From: an uncultured Desulfobacteraceae bacterium
Lineage (GTDB): Bacteria > Desulfobacterota > Desulfobacteria > Desulfobacterales > JALSRD01
Assembly: GCA_964442705.1 (NCBI GenBank)
Contig: CAYUAQ010000004.1
Coordinates: 4,512 to 68,511, forward strand
Reading direction: 5' to 3'
Length of the DNA: 64,000 nt
The position numbers were made by a program, and so were the translations under genes. Below the pieces are notes generated by a model. It did not search any database and had not been told where the DNA came from. It saw nothing but the letters and a program-made list of their open reading frames with translations. Positions 63,169 through 64,000 of this stretch are shown here, in pieces; positions within the stretch are counted from its first letter, which is position 1; each line of letters opens with the position of its first letter.

Positions 63169-64000
63169 CTAGAAGTCGCAGATGCCGGTGTAGTTTTCCG
63201 GCGTGATGCGCAGCAGTTCTTCTTTGACGCTCCGGGATACGTCCAGTGATCGGATAAAGGCGGCGATGTCCTGTCGGTCGATGGGTTTGTTGGTGCGGGT
63301 GAGGGCTTTCAGCGCCTCGTAGGGCCGGTCGTAGCCCTCGCGGCGCAGCACGGTCTGGATGGCCTCGGCCACCACGGCCCAGTTGCGCACCAGGTCGGCA
63401 CGGATGGCCTCGGCGTTGAGGATCAGCTTGCCCAGCCCCCGCTGCAGGGACCTGATGCCGATCAGCGTGTGGGCCATGGGCACGCCCAGGTTGCGGCTGA
63501 CCGTGGAGTCGGTCAAGTCGCGCTGCAGGCGCGAAATGGGCAGCTTGGCGGCCAGGTGTTCGAAGATGGCGTTGGCCACGCCCAGGTTGCCCTCGGAATT
63601 TTCGAAATCGATGGGGTTGACCTTGTGGGGCATGGCCGAGGAGCCCACTTCCCCGCTGCGGATCTTCTGTTTGAAGTAGTCCAGGGAGATGTAGCTCCAG
63701 ATGTCGCGGTCCAGGTCGATGAGGATGGTGTTGATGCGCCGCAGGTTGTCGCAGAAGGCGGCCAGGTTGTCGTAGTGCTCGATCTGCGTGGTGACCTGCG
63801 AGCGCGCAAGGCCCAGTGTGTCGTTGACGAAGCGGTTGGCGAAGGCGATCCAGTCGATGTCGGGGTAGGCCACTGCGTGGGCGTTGAAGTTGCCGGTGGC
63901 CCCGCCGAACTTGGCCGAGAAAGGAATCGTCCGCAGCAGGTCCAGCTGTGTCTTCAAGCGCTCCACGAACACGTAGATTTCCTTGCCCAGCCGGGTGGGA
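63169..64000 (-). CDS. purB: Adenylosuccinate lyase, C-terminal part (5' end beyond window)
   Basis: SSAMPHKVNPIDFENSEGN (fumarate-lyase signature), LQRDLTDST and the E. coli-type PurB C-terminus. The frame stays open to the window edge. Confidence 0.9.
   Translation of the reverse strand, partial: PTRLGKEIYVFVERLKTQLDLLRTIPFSAKFGGATGNFNAHAVAYPDIDWIAFANRFVNDTLGLARSQVTTQIEHYDNLAAFCDNLRRINTILIDLDRDIWSYISLDYFKQKIRSGEVGSSAMPHKVNPIDFENSEGNLGVANAIFEHLAAKLPISRLQRDLTDSTVSRNLGVPMAHTLIGIRSLQRGLGKLILNAEAIRADLVRNWAVVAEAIQTVLRREGYDRPYEALKALTRTNKPIDRQDIAAFIRSLDVSRSVKEELLRITPENYTGICDF

Noticed and set aside
1-64000. Search for a pyrrolysine-containing gene, meaning two same-frame ORFs split by a single TAG, especially in methyltransferase-like sequences.
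   Set aside because: I found none. The only MttB-family gene is uninterrupted, and read-through of the TAG-terminated genes I checked hits another stop within a few codons (for example gene A: K-P-TAG-W-H-P-T-A-TAA).
1-64000. Mobile-element hallmarks (transposase, integrase, IS inverted repeats), CRISPR repeats, prophage genes and rRNA.
   Set aside because: None seen. The only mobility-associated genes are the BrnT/BrnA pair. The two AT-richer segments (4.7-5.4 kb and 49-57 kb) have no flanking direct repeats that I could detect by eye.

Overview
High-GC bacterial chromosome segment. Sigma-54 activators, multihaem cytochromes and a split pylS suggest a Desulfobacterota/deltaproteobacterium-like anaerobe, but I cannot verify the taxon. 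I support about 55 protein genes and one tRNA. I saw no rRNA, CRISPR array, transposase or integrase. Main content, in order. (1) 147-4696: a complete bacterial-type pyrrolysine cassette, pylT-pylSc-pylB-pylC-pylD-pylSn. (2) 4867-5347: a BrnT/BrnA toxin-antitoxin pair in an AT-richer patch. (3) 5387-17054: one long minus-strand array of a GntR/FCD regulator, a Dpp/Opp-type ABC importer, a PRC-barrel protein, an MttB-superfamily methyltransferase with Met where pyrrolysine would sit, and a DUF1638::hydantoinase-like ATPase fusion. (4) Housekeeping and metabolism: prmA, a nuclease-XPD/DinG helicase fusion, tdh-kbl-glyA followed by a truncated sstT, rhomboid protease, pcm. (5) 30551-36907: a sigma-54 activator flanked by candidate -24/-12 promoters, next to a VIT-vWA secreted protein with a Gly-rich/TM/poly-basic tail and an adjacent rhombosortase-like gene. 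(6) LPS core genes (two GT9 heptosyltransferases, waaA), purM, a WecA-like fusion, tsaD. (7) 48980-57059: a visibly AT-richer island encoding five secreted proteins or lipoproteins built from LpoB/CsgG/TolB-N-like domains, one of them a triplicated 978-aa protein, ending next to nagZ. This is my best candidate for an undescribed envelope system. (8) An orphan HAO-family octahaem cytochrome, an HD hydrolase, an FG-GAP/CARDB protein and partial purB. All homology calls come from reading the translations against remembered family signatures; no searches were run.
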